A DNA stretch of 63,805 nucleotides, the filler included, from Chrysochromulina tobinii (lineage: Eukaryota): assembly GCA_001275005.1 (NCBI GenBank). It is 7 parts of 7 records of this genome, joined end to end, with 100 filler letters (N's around TTAATTAATTAA, not from the genome) between each part and the next. Parts side by side here need not be neighbours in the genome. Positions count along the whole stretch, not along the records: positions 9,437 to 32,392 come from JWZX01000607.1; 6 more parts are not named here. One strand, written 5' to 3'. Below the pieces are notes generated by a model. It was not told the DNA's origin, ran no database searches, and was given only the letters and a program-made list of their open reading frames with translations. Position numbers and translations under genes: made by a program. Positions 10,887 through 21,655 of this stretch are shown here, one piece after another (the first letter of the stretch is position 1; every line of letters begins with the position of its first letter).

Positions 10887-12479
10887 CTATTTACGTGGCG
10901 AGACTGTAATGGTGACATTGACGCCTCCCGCATCGAGACGCGCGAGCTGGAAGAGTACGTGGTCCTCGTCCTCCGTATTGCTCCATGTGAGCGCCCCCAC
11001 TGGCTGGACGTCGACGTCGAACCCTCCAGTGTAGACCCACGCATGCGACACAAAGAGCACCGTGGGCTCGGCGATGCTCGCGTCCGGCACGAAGCGCAGC
11101 GTCGCGACCTTGGTCGAGGAGTCGTAGCGGAAGGCCTGCGTCTTACCGGCGACCGCCTTCGCATGTGTGCGGCTCCAAGTCGGCACGGCGTCCCGGTTGA
11201 GGCAGGCCTCCATGCTCGTGCGCTGGACGCAAGGCTTGTAAGGGTCGTCGGGATCGAGCTTGAATAGACCGGGCACGTCATACGTGCGGTTCGCGAACCA
11301 CTTGTAGTCCCATTGCATCCAGCTCAGCTGCCACTTGTCGAGGAGGTCGAGCTGTGCGTCGCCCGTCTCGGTGACCCAGCCTCCGCATCTGAGGCGCGCC
11401 ATCTCGCTCTGCTTCCACGCGTAGTACGTGTCGTCTGGAGTCGCGCCGCTCAGGACGGAGTTGTGCCATGCGAGGACGCTCTTGTTCGCCCACCGAGCGG
11501 CGCCGCCCGGTACATCCGTGAAGCCGTGCTTCTCGCCCACCGGCAGCACGACCTCCCAGACCACCCCTTGGAAGAGGATCAGGTGAGACGTGTCAAACTC
11601 CCGGATGGCAGAGGCCACCTGATCGTACAGAGGCTGTAGCTTCTCGCGGTCCGCGACGCCCGGTACCAGAAGTCCAGGGTTCTTGTACACTTGGCCGGCG
11701 AACGGCTCATTCATGAGCTCGTATCCGATGACGTGCGGCGAGTCCGCAAACGTCTTCGCAACGACACCCCAGTAAGCTGCGAACGCCTTGCGGAGGCCGT
11801 CGACATCGTCGTAGACGGCGCCGATCGCCTCGGACGTTGCGTACGTCAGGTAGAACATGGACCAGTCATTCCCATTGATTTGGTCGCATGTCTCGCGCGT
11901 CGGGGCGCCGGTGCGGGGGTCGACGGGTACAGGCTTGGCGAGCGGCATCGGGAAGCCGAGGGCAGGGTCGGCAGGGGGGGATGCGGCCCAGGACGCGACG
12001 CCGTTGCCGCAGAATGGGGCGGCCCAAGCGTCCTGGTGGAAGTCGATGAGAGAGCTGATGCCGTAGGAGCCAGCTTGGTCGACGAGGGAGCGCATGAGCG
12101 ACAAGTATGTGGTGTTGTAGATGCCGCGTGACGGCTCGACAGCGGCCCACGGCACCGAGAGGCGGATCGAGCTGTACCCCATCGACTGCATGAGCGACAT
12201 GTCTTCGGCAACGAAACTGAACTGTGAGTCGAAGCCCGAGAGGGAGGGGTGGTATGGGGGCTCCTTGTACACCACGTTCGTGCCATGGAAGTAGCGCTCG
12301 CGACCAGCCTTGTCGTAGATCAGGTTGGAATCCGCAAAGAGCTCGAAGAAAGACGTCAGCGTCGAGGGCGTTGGCTTCGGCTCGGCTGCCATGACGGGAG
12401 CAGACACGCACACGTGCAAGGCCAGCACGAGGGCCAGGCGGCGCCACTCCGTCGAGACGGCCATGCGATTGCCGTGCAT
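10887..12479 (-). CDS. Glycoside hydrolase family 5, endoglycoceramidase-like, secreted
   Basis: FHGTNVVYKEPPY, IDFHQDAW, acid/base GYELMNEPFAG, nucleophile region VTETG, C-terminal beta-sandwich (RTHAKAVAG...FRYD), signal peptide. Start at 12479 or 12464. Confidence 0.88.
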   Translation of the reverse strand: MHGNRMAVSTEWRRLALVLALHVCVSAPVMAAEPKPTPSTLTSFFELFADSNLIYDKAGRERYFHGTNVVYKEPPYHPSLSGFDSQFSFVAEDMSLMQSMGYSSIRLSVPWAAVEPSRGIYNTTYLSLMRSLVDQAGSYGISSLIDFHQDAWAAPFCGNGVASWAASPPADPALGFPMPLAKPVPVDPRTGAPTRETCDQINGNDWSMFYLTYATSEAIGAVYDDVDGLRKAFAAYWGVVAKTFADSPHVIGYELMNEPFAGQVYKNPGLLVPGVADREKLQPLYDQVASAIREFDTSHLILFQGVVWEVVLPVGEKHGFTDVPGGAARWANKSVLAWHNSVLSGATPDDTYYAWKQSEMARLRCGGWVTETGDAQLDLLDKWQLSWMQWDYKWFANRTYDVPGLFKLDPDDPYKPCVQRTSMEACLNRDAVPTWSRTHAKAVAGKTQAFRYDSSTKVATLRFVPDASIAEPTVLFVSHAWVYTGGFDVDVQPVGALTWSNTEDEDHVLFQLARLDAGGVNVTITVSPRK

Positions 12480-12728
12480 GATTGCCGTGTGAATTTCGGA
12501 TGCCCCTTCCTGGCCCCTTCGGCGTTTCCGAAGCAAGTTTTGCAGCGAACCCGACGGGTCAGGCAGTCAGTCAGTTTCTTCGCGGTCCCCCCACGCTCAT
12601 TCCCGGGGTTCTCACATAGATGTTTGTCATACACCTAGCCAGCTTTTGCTCGCGCTTGCATGCAACATCGCGCTCCCTTGCCCCATTAGGGACGTAGACG
12701 CGACCCAAATCAGGGAAAATCGCTTGCA

Positions 12729-14075
12729 ATGCTTGTCCCATTTCTTCTTCTCCTGGGCGTGCCCTTGCAGAATGAAGCAAGCACATTGGCGATGAAGAAG
12801 CCATCTGGCCACGCTGACAACAAGAAGACAGGTAACGACGACAAGAAGGCACCCGCGTCTAAGACAGGTGCGAGCCGCGCGCAGGTGCTAGTCGTCGTCT
12901 CCGACCATGGAAGTGGAACGTCGAACTTTGGGGAGTCGTTGAAGAAGCATCCATGTATGTACGACGTCGGGGAGGTGTTCGGTGCAGGATACATGTTGTG
13001 GTCGACGAGCAAGGTCGCCGAGTGCGTTGGCAAGGCCCCTAATTCCGCTATGTTCGACTCGGTCACCCACGCGTACATGAACCAGGAAAACCCCAAGATG
13101 GCCATGAAGCTCAATAACGTGCTCGATAACATCACGGCGTCGAAGCGCAGCGATAATCTGGACTCAACCTCGCTGTACCCTGGTCTGAGCTACAACCTCG
13201 CCGAGTACTTTGTCCGCACCCGCGATCTCATCTGTGCAAACGTGCCCGCCGACGTGTGCCCACCCTCGGACTGCTCGATCACGCTCAAAATGTTCCCACA
13301 GTTCGTCGACGGCATCACCTTTGGAGTGCGCACGTCGATCGACAAGAAGCACGTCGCGTGCCAGAACGCGCAAAACGAGATGGCGATGGCCGCGTGGAAG
13401 GATGCCCTCACCTCATTCAAGCAGAGCCCGAAGGTTGCTTCGATCACGCTTGAGCGTGATGAGCTTCAACGGCAGTTCTCCATGTTCCACCGGATGGATC
13501 CCCTGGGGCAGCTGTTCGAGTGCAGCATCCCGCGCGAAGCCACCGCGTTCGCCACCGTGTCGAAGGACTACACGGACTCCCAGATCCAGGTCGAGGACTG
13601 CTGGCGGGGTGAGAAGGGGGCTGCCAAGTGCCTGGGCGACGCACTCGCGCTTGTCGGCTTGTCCGTCAAGCTTGACGTTGCAGGGACGCAAGACATGGCG
13701 GGCGAAGTCGCGGAGCGGGAGGCGGCACACGAGATGACGAGCCGAAGCTGCGCCACCGACCCCCTCGCCACTTTCAGGCTCCTCGAGGGAGATCAGGTCG
13801 AGCTCGCGTCCCACGGCCCCATGTTCGAGGCGGCCGCGGAGGAGAAGCTCGCTACCAAAGGGCCCACCAGCACGTTCACATCCCACGGGCCCACCACCGA
13901 CCTGCGCAACCTGGACGAGGATGCGGCAGCGCAAGAGTGGGAGAATTCGAATCACCTGGACCAGCTCGAGGATACGGCGCAGCAGTCGATCACACGCGAA
14001 AAGGCAGCGGCAAAGATGGCGATTCATAACTGGTTGCGGGAGCAGCGTCAGAAGACACAGACGGCCGCTCACTAA
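12729..14075 (+). CDS. Secreted/lumenal sulfotransferase-like (P-loop) protein
   Basis: Signal peptide MLVPFLLLLGV; VLVVVSDHGSGTSNFGESLKKHPCMYDVGEVF resembles the 5'-PSB loop + HP...E.F motif of Stf0-like sulfotransferases; TLKMFPQF and ITLERD..Q..S downstream. Confidence 0.6.
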   Translation: MLVPFLLLLGVPLQNEASTLAMKKPSGHADNKKTGNDDKKAPASKTGASRAQVLVVVSDHGSGTSNFGESLKKHPCMYDVGEVFGAGYMLWSTSKVAECVGKAPNSAMFDSVTHAYMNQENPKMAMKLNNVLDNITASKRSDNLDSTSLYPGLSYNLAEYFVRTRDLICANVPADVCPPSDCSITLKMFPQFVDGITFGVRTSIDKKHVACQNAQNEMAMAAWKDALTSFKQSPKVASITLERDELQRQFSMFHRMDPLGQLFECSIPREATAFATVSKDYTDSQIQVEDCWRGEKGAAKCLGDALALVGLSVKLDVAGTQDMAGEVAEREAAHEMTSRSCATDPLATFRLLEGDQVELASHGPMFEAAAEEKLATKGPTSTFTSHGPTTDLRNLDEDAAAQEWENSNHLDQLEDTAQQSITREKAAAKMAIHNWLREQRQKTQTAAH

Positions 14076-14540
14076 TCCGGCCACACATGAGGATTGATCT
14101 CCGCACTCCGGAGAAAAGGAGACGCCGGAGACAGGGACGTGTGGGATATTTCCTACCAGCTACCACGTACAAAGGCGAGGGGAAAGGGAGATCCACGTTC
14201 CATATATCCAGCGTAAAGTCATTCAGAGGGTCGGAAAGTGAGCCGGCCAACTGTTTGAACGTGCGTGTCTGTAAATGTAGTCCCGGGGTAGCGGCCGGCC
14301 GTCCTCTCTGAGCATGTGAGAGAGAGCGAGTGCAGTGTGACGTGTGGGGCAGGCGGGTTTGGGCGGGCGGTGGGCGGTGACCGGTGAGTGCTGCCCGAAT
14401 CTGTCTTTGTGTGGGCCGCGCATCGGAAGAGAACGTCGCGACGCGACGCCGCCTTGCGCGAAAGCGCCGTTCTAAGCGCCGTTCAAAAAGCTTCGGGCCT
14501 TCCATTTCGGGCCTTCGCGTCCTTCATCGCGCTCAAATCA

Positions 14541-17500
14541 ATGGAGGACGAGTTCTGCTTCAGCGACGGTCCCCTCGGGCTGGTAATTGCAAAGGACCGC
14601 GACCGCCACGTGGTCTGCTGCGTCGTGCGCAACTCACAGGCTGCAGCTCTCGGCGTGCAATGTGGCAGCGTACTGCTCCGCATCGCCGGCCAGGACAAGG
14701 CGCCGTCTGACTTTGACAGCCTCGACATCATGGATGTGAATCGGCAGCTCGAGCAGATGAGGCGGCCGCTGACGCTGCGCCTCAGGCGGCCAGGTGAGAA
14801 CTGGTCACCAAACACGACTGCGCGCCTCGCTTCCGCGCGCCTCGAAGAGGAGCGCAAGCTGGCGGTGAGCATCAGCAAAGCGGCTGAGTCGGGCCGTGTG
14901 CGGTCGATCAAGTTTGGAGAGGGCCCGCTGGGCATCTCGTTGCAGCAGCTGGGCGACGCGGTGCTCGTGCTCTCTGTGGATGCACATTCGCAGGCGGCCG
15001 AGCTCAAGACGCCCTTGGGCGTCATCGTCGGCATCAACGGGAACTCGGTGTGGGGTCGCTCGAAGACCGAAGTCTCGATGACCATCGCGCAGTCGTCGCG
15101 CCCGATGACCATGCAGATCCGGTCGGCCGCGGACGAAACCCTCGAGGAGCCCACCGTGCCGGATCCCGCCTTTGCGCGCGTCGCTGCAAACATCTTCGCG
15201 GCCGAGAAGGCGGCCGAGAAGGCGGCGGAGATGCGCGCACTCGTGGAGGCGTCCGCAATCGAATGTTCCAATGAGGCGCGCGCCGTGGCGGAGAAGGCGA
15301 TGGCGCAGGCCAAGATGCTGCGGCGCGAGTCGGCAAGCAGCGGTCAGCCAGTTGCCCCGCGGCTGTCGGCGGACGCACAGGCGAGCGCCGCCCAACACAG
15401 CGCCGCCCAACACAGCGCCGCCCAACAAAGCGCCGCCCAACCGATGACTAGTTCGACGGCGCCTTCGACGGCGGCGGCGGCGGCGGTGGAGGCGCCGACG
15501 AGCCCCGTCACGGACCCTTCGGTGGCGAAGGTGCTCACGTTTAGCAGCGGAGGGACCATCCCGAGGCCGCCCCTCGGCACTGCATCGCCTACCGAGGCCC
15601 TGATCTTCGCGCACCGCAAGGCGCTTGCAGAGGCGCTCGCTCCCGGCGCGCCCTCGACTGCAAGCGACGCGTACAAGGGTGCGACTGCGCCCGCCACAGC
15701 GCTTTCGCTCAACACAGCGCCTCTGCTGCAGTCCTCCTCGCCCTCGGCTACTGCGCCCGCCACAGCGCTCCCCGCGCTTTCGCCCAAAACAGCGCCTTCG
15801 CCCAACACGGCGCCCGACGCGCCTTCGATGCACGCGAAGACGGAGCGCTGTGTCGAGCGCCACGTGATGGACGTCGAGGCGCAGCCGCTCGAAGGTGTGA
15901 AGCATGCCGTCGCACGCGCCGAGGCGCTCTGCGCGCAGCGCCTCTGGCTCGTGCAGGCCGAGGCCAAGGCGGCCGAGGCGAAGGCCAAGGGGGGCTCGCG
16001 GGGAGGCTCACCCGCGGTCCTCAATGAGCCGACCGACAGCGCGCGCGCCAGGGCCCATCTACAAAAGAGCCTGCAGCTCGCGCGCTGCCCCGGGCAGCTC
16101 GCGCGCTGTGCCGGGCAGCTCGCGCCGCCGTCGCTGCCTGCTACGGCCTCGCTGGCGCCGCAGCCGCCGCCGTATGCTCACAAGGCCGTGTTACCGGTCG
16201 ACATGCCGCCGCTCCCGCCGCCGCCCGTGGCGGTGGCTGCCGCGGCACGTCTAGCCTCCCCGGCGGTGGTGCACGAGGCGCTCAACCCGGCGCGCGCGCG
16301 CGAGGCCCTCATGAAGACCTTTGGGCCGCGCGCCCAGGACGGCGCTAAACCGTCCGATGGTGCCCAGTACGGCGCTCGATCGGGCGCCCAGTACGGCGCG
16401 ATGGCGGCGAGAGGGACCACCGCGGCGAATGGGGCGAGTGCCCAGTACGGCGCTCGGTTCGGCGCCCATAACGGCGCGGCCACCACTGCGAATGGGGTGG
16501 CAAGCGCGGCGGCGGCGGTTCCTGTGGCGCGGCTGCCGCGGCCACCCTCGACGCACGCGCCCGCCGCGCTCCCCCTGCTCTCCTCGGAAGCGGCGGCGAT
16601 TGCATGCGCGGGCGCCGAGGCCGCCGCTCAGGCCGCCGCCAAGGCTCGCGCCGCCCGCGCCGTGCGGGCGTGCTCCTCGACGCCGCGACGCCCACCACGG
16701 CGCCCAAGGCGGCGTCGGGCGGCGCGCCCGCCACGACGCCCGGCACCGACGAGGCGCCGCGGACTCGCAACGAGGGCGTCGTGCTGGGCGTCGCGCAAGC
16801 CCCCGCGTCGGCGCAGCTCCCCCCGTCGGCGCATGCCTCGCGCAAGATCTCCCAAATCTCCCCGGTACCTTACTTGATCTCCCAAATCTCCCCGGTACCT
16901 TACTTGAACCTGCCTGACAGAACACCGCCGGCGCAGGGTGCGGCAGGCGACGGGGCAGGCGACGGGGCGGGCGAAGGGGCCGGCGGCGAGGCGCCCAACA
17001 TGGCGCCCAACGACGCGGCCGCCGCCCACGATGCGGCCGCCGCCGACGCTCGCGACGACGCTGAGGAGGCGGCCGTGACTCCCTCGCAGATTGTGCCAGC
17101 AGCGGTGAGCCCGACGGCGTCGGTGGCAGCTCTCGTGCCATTCACAGCTCTCGAGCCCTTCACAGTGACTTTCAAGGACGGGTGGCACTATGAGCATGTA
17201 CGCGGAGAGACCTTCACACCGAGCGACTTCACACCGAGCGACGCGGGCGCGCCTTGGGAGGGCGAAGCGCCCACGACGACGCCTAAGGCCGGCAGCGGGA
17301 GCGCAAGCATGCACCGAAGAAGTCACCGTCGCAGCTCGCCGGCCGAGCAGCGCGCGCACCCCGCCGTACGCGTCGCGGTGAGCTATGCCTCGCCGCCACC
17401 ACTCGAGCCCGAGCCGTTGCCGGTGGGTGGGCGGTTTGGAGTCCAATTGCCCTCGCCATCAGCCCAATTGCTCGCGCCATCAGCCCAATTGCCCGCGCCA

Positions 17501-19084
17501 TCAGCTGGTGGGGTTGGCAAAGGTGGGGCAGCGCCGACGCTGGCCGTGCCGCCGCTGCGTCTCGCCGCCCTCGCCGCCCTCGCCGCGAGCGCCAGGGCGG
17601 CCTTGAGCTCGGGTGCCCGAAATGGCGCTCGTAACGAACTTGGAAGTGGAAGCCGCGCTCAACACGGCGCGAACAGCGCTCCACACAGCGCGAGCGCGCG
17701 AGTGCTCTTGCCGCTGGAAGCGGTGGAGGCGGTGGCCGGTACGTTTCGCGAGACGATGACGCCGCGGGGCGAGACGCTTATCACACGCAAGGGGGTCGAG
17801 ACCAAGGCCACCTTCTTCGAGCAGTTCAGTAGCCGGCTGAGCGACGGCGTCATGGCCACTTTTGGACGCTTCAGCAGCCGAAGAGAGCCCGAGGGCAGCC
17901 GAGGGGAGCTGAGGGGAGCTGATTGCATGCAATCGGATTGCATGCAGAGGGGAGCCGAGGGGAGCCGAGGGGAGCTGAGGGGAGCTGATTGCATGCAGTC
18001 TGATTGCATGCCGAGGGGAGCCGAGGGGAGCCGAGGCGAGGCGGAAGTGAGCCAACAAGCTTCGTTGAGCAGTTCGTTCGCCAGTAGCAGAAGTGAACCC
18101 GAGCCCGAGTGGCTCACGAGTGCTGCGGAGCATCTGCGTCAAGGCCACCCGGTGGAGTCCGATCGAGTGCCTGAAGCGCTCGGATCGCGGGACGCGGAGC
18201 CATTGCGTGATGGCGGCGCCTCCGTCGACGAGTCTCTCCTCTCGCGCTCGAGCCTCGAGATATGCCCCGAGATACGCCCCGAGATATGCCCCGAGATATG
18301 CCCCGAGATACGCCCCGAGATGGCATACCGCGGAGAAGCAACATCGAGCAGCTACTGCCGTGGCGCCGAAGCCGAGAGCGCCGAGTTGGGCGCCGAAGCC
18401 GAGAGCGCCGCTTCGGTCGCTTCGGTGGCTTCAGCATACAATGACGAAGCCACGACCCCCAATGCGACGACCATCCTTTCCCCACAGCCTCCGCCATCCG
18501 TGCATCCAGCCGCAGGCTCCGCTTTCCCCACAGCCTCCGCTGCCGCCTCCGGCCCTCTTGCCTTGATTCCTCTCGCCGCTGCGAACGTTGTGGCCTTTGC
18601 CAATGCCAATGCGACCGCGCGCCACCAAGGGTCTCTCGCCGCCACCAAGAGCCACCAAGGGTCTCTCGCCGCCACCAAGAGCCACCAAGGGTCTCTCGCC
18701 TCCACCAAGAGCCACCATGGGTCTCTCGCCGCCACCAAGGGTGCGGGCCTTCCAACCATCTCGCCGTGTGGCGTGGCACGGCACGGCATCGCCGCCCGCC
18801 GCCTACCCCCTGCCCGCACCGCCGTCCCCTCGATGCGCATCGGCGCTGGCGTGGGGCTTACCAAAGTGGGTGCGGCCGGTCGCGCGGACGCCTTGTTGAG
18901 CACTGCCTCGAGCGCTGCGCCCGCCGATACGCCGGAGCGCGAACGTCGAGCTCACGATGCAATCCGCGCCATTGCGGCCGCAACGGCCGCCGCGCATCCG
19001 CTTCTGCTGCGCGGCGAGCAGGTGGAGAGATCCTTTGAAGAGTTTGATGGACGAGACGCTTCGTACTACGAGCGGTGCGCGTAG
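14541..19084 (+). CDS. Tandem PDZ-like domain protein with long Ala/Pro-rich tail; frame break near 16665 and probable introns
   Basis: Two PDZ-like units (FSDGPLGLVI...; FGEGPLGISL...VIVGINGNSV). ORFs 14388-16877 and 16604-19084 overlap, and the coding-like frame switches near 16660-16675. Confidence 0.65.
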
Positions 19085-19465
19085 GCCAAGGCGGTGCGGG
19101 CGGTGGGCGGCTTCGTGTGGGACAGTCGTGAGGCGTCACTGGTGCGAGATCTGGCGAGATGAGAACCGCGAGGAGGACTCTCAGAATGCAGGTCCACTTC
19201 GACAAACGGACTTGTACGAGTCCTGACTCCAGTGGGGATAGTATGGGGATAGAACACGAGATTGCTATCGAGCGTGTCGAGGGTACGCGCGGTCGATATC
19301 GGCGGCGCCATTTCCGATTTCGCGGTTTGTTTGACTCAGGGACGCCAGACTTGGGTCTCGGCTCGCATTGATTTGGGTTCCGGACCCATAGTTACCCCAT
19401 TGGCATCTTTAAGCCAAAGCCCATGTACCTGAATGAAACCATCCCGCTCTACCATTTTAAATTGA

Positions 19466-21214
19466 TTACACTCTTAGACTTTGTGATTCAGCGCAGACCT
19501 CAACACTAGTTGCGGTTCTGATAGGGGTTATACGGGCCTCATCTGCGTCGCCTAGCATGTTGAAGCACATCTTGAAGAAGTTGTACTTGACCACCTCACG
19601 GTCACCCTTACATGTGAATGAGACCTCGCGCTCGCCCGTCTCTTCCATCATCGTTGCGTACTCACTGACAGTTTCTGGCCACTTGCGCCATGCGTCGATC
19701 GCACGAACTTTCGGGTTGCCCCCGTTCTTGATGCGCCCACAGAGGCGCGCGATGGAGTACTCCGCAACGCACCAGCCTCGGCGCTCGTATGCGTCTGTAT
19801 TGGTGAAGCCCCACATTTCTGGTCCTCCAGGGAAAGTTTCCGGACTGGAAATATCTGGGATGACGACCACCTCACACCCTTTGAAAGAGTAAAGCCGCCC
19901 CATCTCCCACAGCGCGTTGCGGAAGCAGCGCTCCTGGAAAGGCGCGCGACCGCTCAAGGTGTACCAGACCTGACCATATTCTCTGTGCGCGCTTCCACCA
20001 TTCGCCTTGAAGTAGGCGTCGCTGCGCATCTCCAACGACGCCTGGAAGAGGGAGCAGTAGTCGTAAAAGACATGATCGGTATCCGACGCCCCTAGCTTGT
20101 CGAGCTCGGCAATCAGCAGCAGGAACTGCTTTCCACTGGGCGAGGGATGAAACTCCGACTCCCAGCAATGGCTCACCACAAACTTGCGGCCCGGTGGCAC
20201 GACTCCTACTACTGAACTCTCAGGCCTCCGGTCGAGTTCTTGCCGCCTGGGGAAGGGGCCTCCACGTCCGGCAAGCTCCCGAACGTAACCGACGGTCAGC
20301 CAAGCGATGTCAGCATTCATGCAGAAAGCACGGAACCCTTCATCATCCCTCGGAACTGGCGTCATCATCGCGCAAGCCCTCTGCAGCTCAGATAAGGCTA
20401 TCATCCTATCCTTCTCCACCTGGAATGTAAGCTCATGTCGGAAGAGCTGCTCTGCCCCGGAGAGCCGCGTCGGATCGAGGCCTTCCTTGACTTTAGGCTC
20501 ATAGCTATTGACAATCTGCTGGCAGTACGCACCCAGAATGTTCTCGAACATCAACCAACCCTTTCGAAAAGCTGTGAATGCAGGCGATTTCTTGAGCTTC
20601 CAGCTTGGCACGTGCGGTAAGATCACTCTTCGCACGGTGCTAAACGTGTGGATACGAAATATATCCTCGACTGCCTGATCATGCAGCTCCTCTTGTAATG
20701 AAGAGGAAAAGGGCCTCTGGTGCATGCTGAGTGGATACCAGAACACGACATCGCGATTGTTGGCTTGGCGCTCACCGTCTGAGCCTGAGCTGTCGAGTAC
20801 TTGAATGAGCTGTCGCAACATATCGCCCCTTGGATCGTGCTCGTCAGAAGAAAGATACGGAGCAGACACGACAAAGATCTGAGAGCGCTCCGGTGGCAGG
20901 CCATACACTTTGGCCTCCTTTGGGATGTCGCCCCGACGCTGAACGCTACCACCAGAATGCGCTAATCGCCTAAGGTATCCAACGCGAACCAAGCAGATGG
21001 CGTAATGTCCCTCCTTATTCAGCAAAAGCCACTCCGCAAACGCGTGTTCGTCCCACCGGGGATCACCACCTTGCAGAGCCAGATGAGATGCCATGTTTGC
21101 GGTTAGCCGCTCGCGTGTCAGATGAAGATGTCCTCGCAGTCGTGAGTTCACCTTCTTGGATTCCTCGAGCTCTGCCTTCAGATCCAGCACATTCTTCGAG
21201 TGTGAAGTGCCCAT
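19466..21214 (-). CDS. Protein with N-myristoylation consensus, short coiled coil and two tandem HET-like domains
   Basis: MGTSHS start. Second domain: FVVSHCWESEFHPSPSG...VFYDYCSLFQ...MGRLYS...YERRGWCVAE. The first domain is a degenerate copy: FVVSAPY...HDPRG...VFWYPLSMHQ...RKGWLMFE. Confidence 0.72.
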   Translation of the reverse strand: MGTSHSKNVLDLKAELEESKKVNSRLRGHLHLTRERLTANMASHLALQGGDPRWDEHAFAEWLLLNKEGHYAICLVRVGYLRRLAHSGGSVQRRGDIPKEAKVYGLPPERSQIFVVSAPYLSSDEHDPRGDMLRQLIQVLDSSGSDGERQANNRDVVFWYPLSMHQRPFSSSLQEELHDQAVEDIFRIHTFSTVRRVILPHVPSWKLKKSPAFTAFRKGWLMFENILGAYCQQIVNSYEPKVKEGLDPTRLSGAEQLFRHELTFQVEKDRMIALSELQRACAMMTPVPRDDEGFRAFCMNADIAWLTVGYVRELAGRGGPFPRRQELDRRPESSVVGVVPPGRKFVVSHCWESEFHPSPSGKQFLLLIAELDKLGASDTDHVFYDYCSLFQASLEMRSDAYFKANGGSAHREYGQVWYTLSGRAPFQERCFRNALWEMGRLYSFKGCEVVVIPDISSPETFPGGPEMWGFTNTDAYERRGWCVAEYSIARLCGRIKNGGNPKVRAIDAWRKWPETVSEYATMMEETGEREVSFTCKGDREVVKYNFFKMCFNMLGDADEARITPIRTATSVEVCAESQSLRV

Positions 21215-21655
21215 GGCGTCAAAGGGCCCTCTCAGCCGGACGCACACCCGCGAGCCCCGCACTCGGCACGCGCGCGAGCGACGCGACACAAATTTCCAAG
21301 CAGCCCTGCCTGCCTGACGACTGCTCACCGCAGGCCTTTACGCGAAGTGGGGCCCAAAATGCCTCTATCGGATACCCAAAACTTCATTCGGTATGAAAAA
21401 GACGTTTCGAAACTGGCAAGGATGTCAGTACAGTACAAACGGGGTTCGAGACATTCTCAACCGCACAGCTACTTCTAACTGCCCTTCAAAGATTCACCTA
21501 AATGGACCATTTTCTCGGCGTCGCGCGGCGGCGGCAATTCACGTGGCGCGCGGCGGCGGCAATTCACGTGGCTCGCCCCGCCGAGCACACACCCCCTTGT
21601 TGCCCTCTGGGACCACTTCGGCTATCCTAGGGACCTCCACTCTTGCTGGCGCCTC

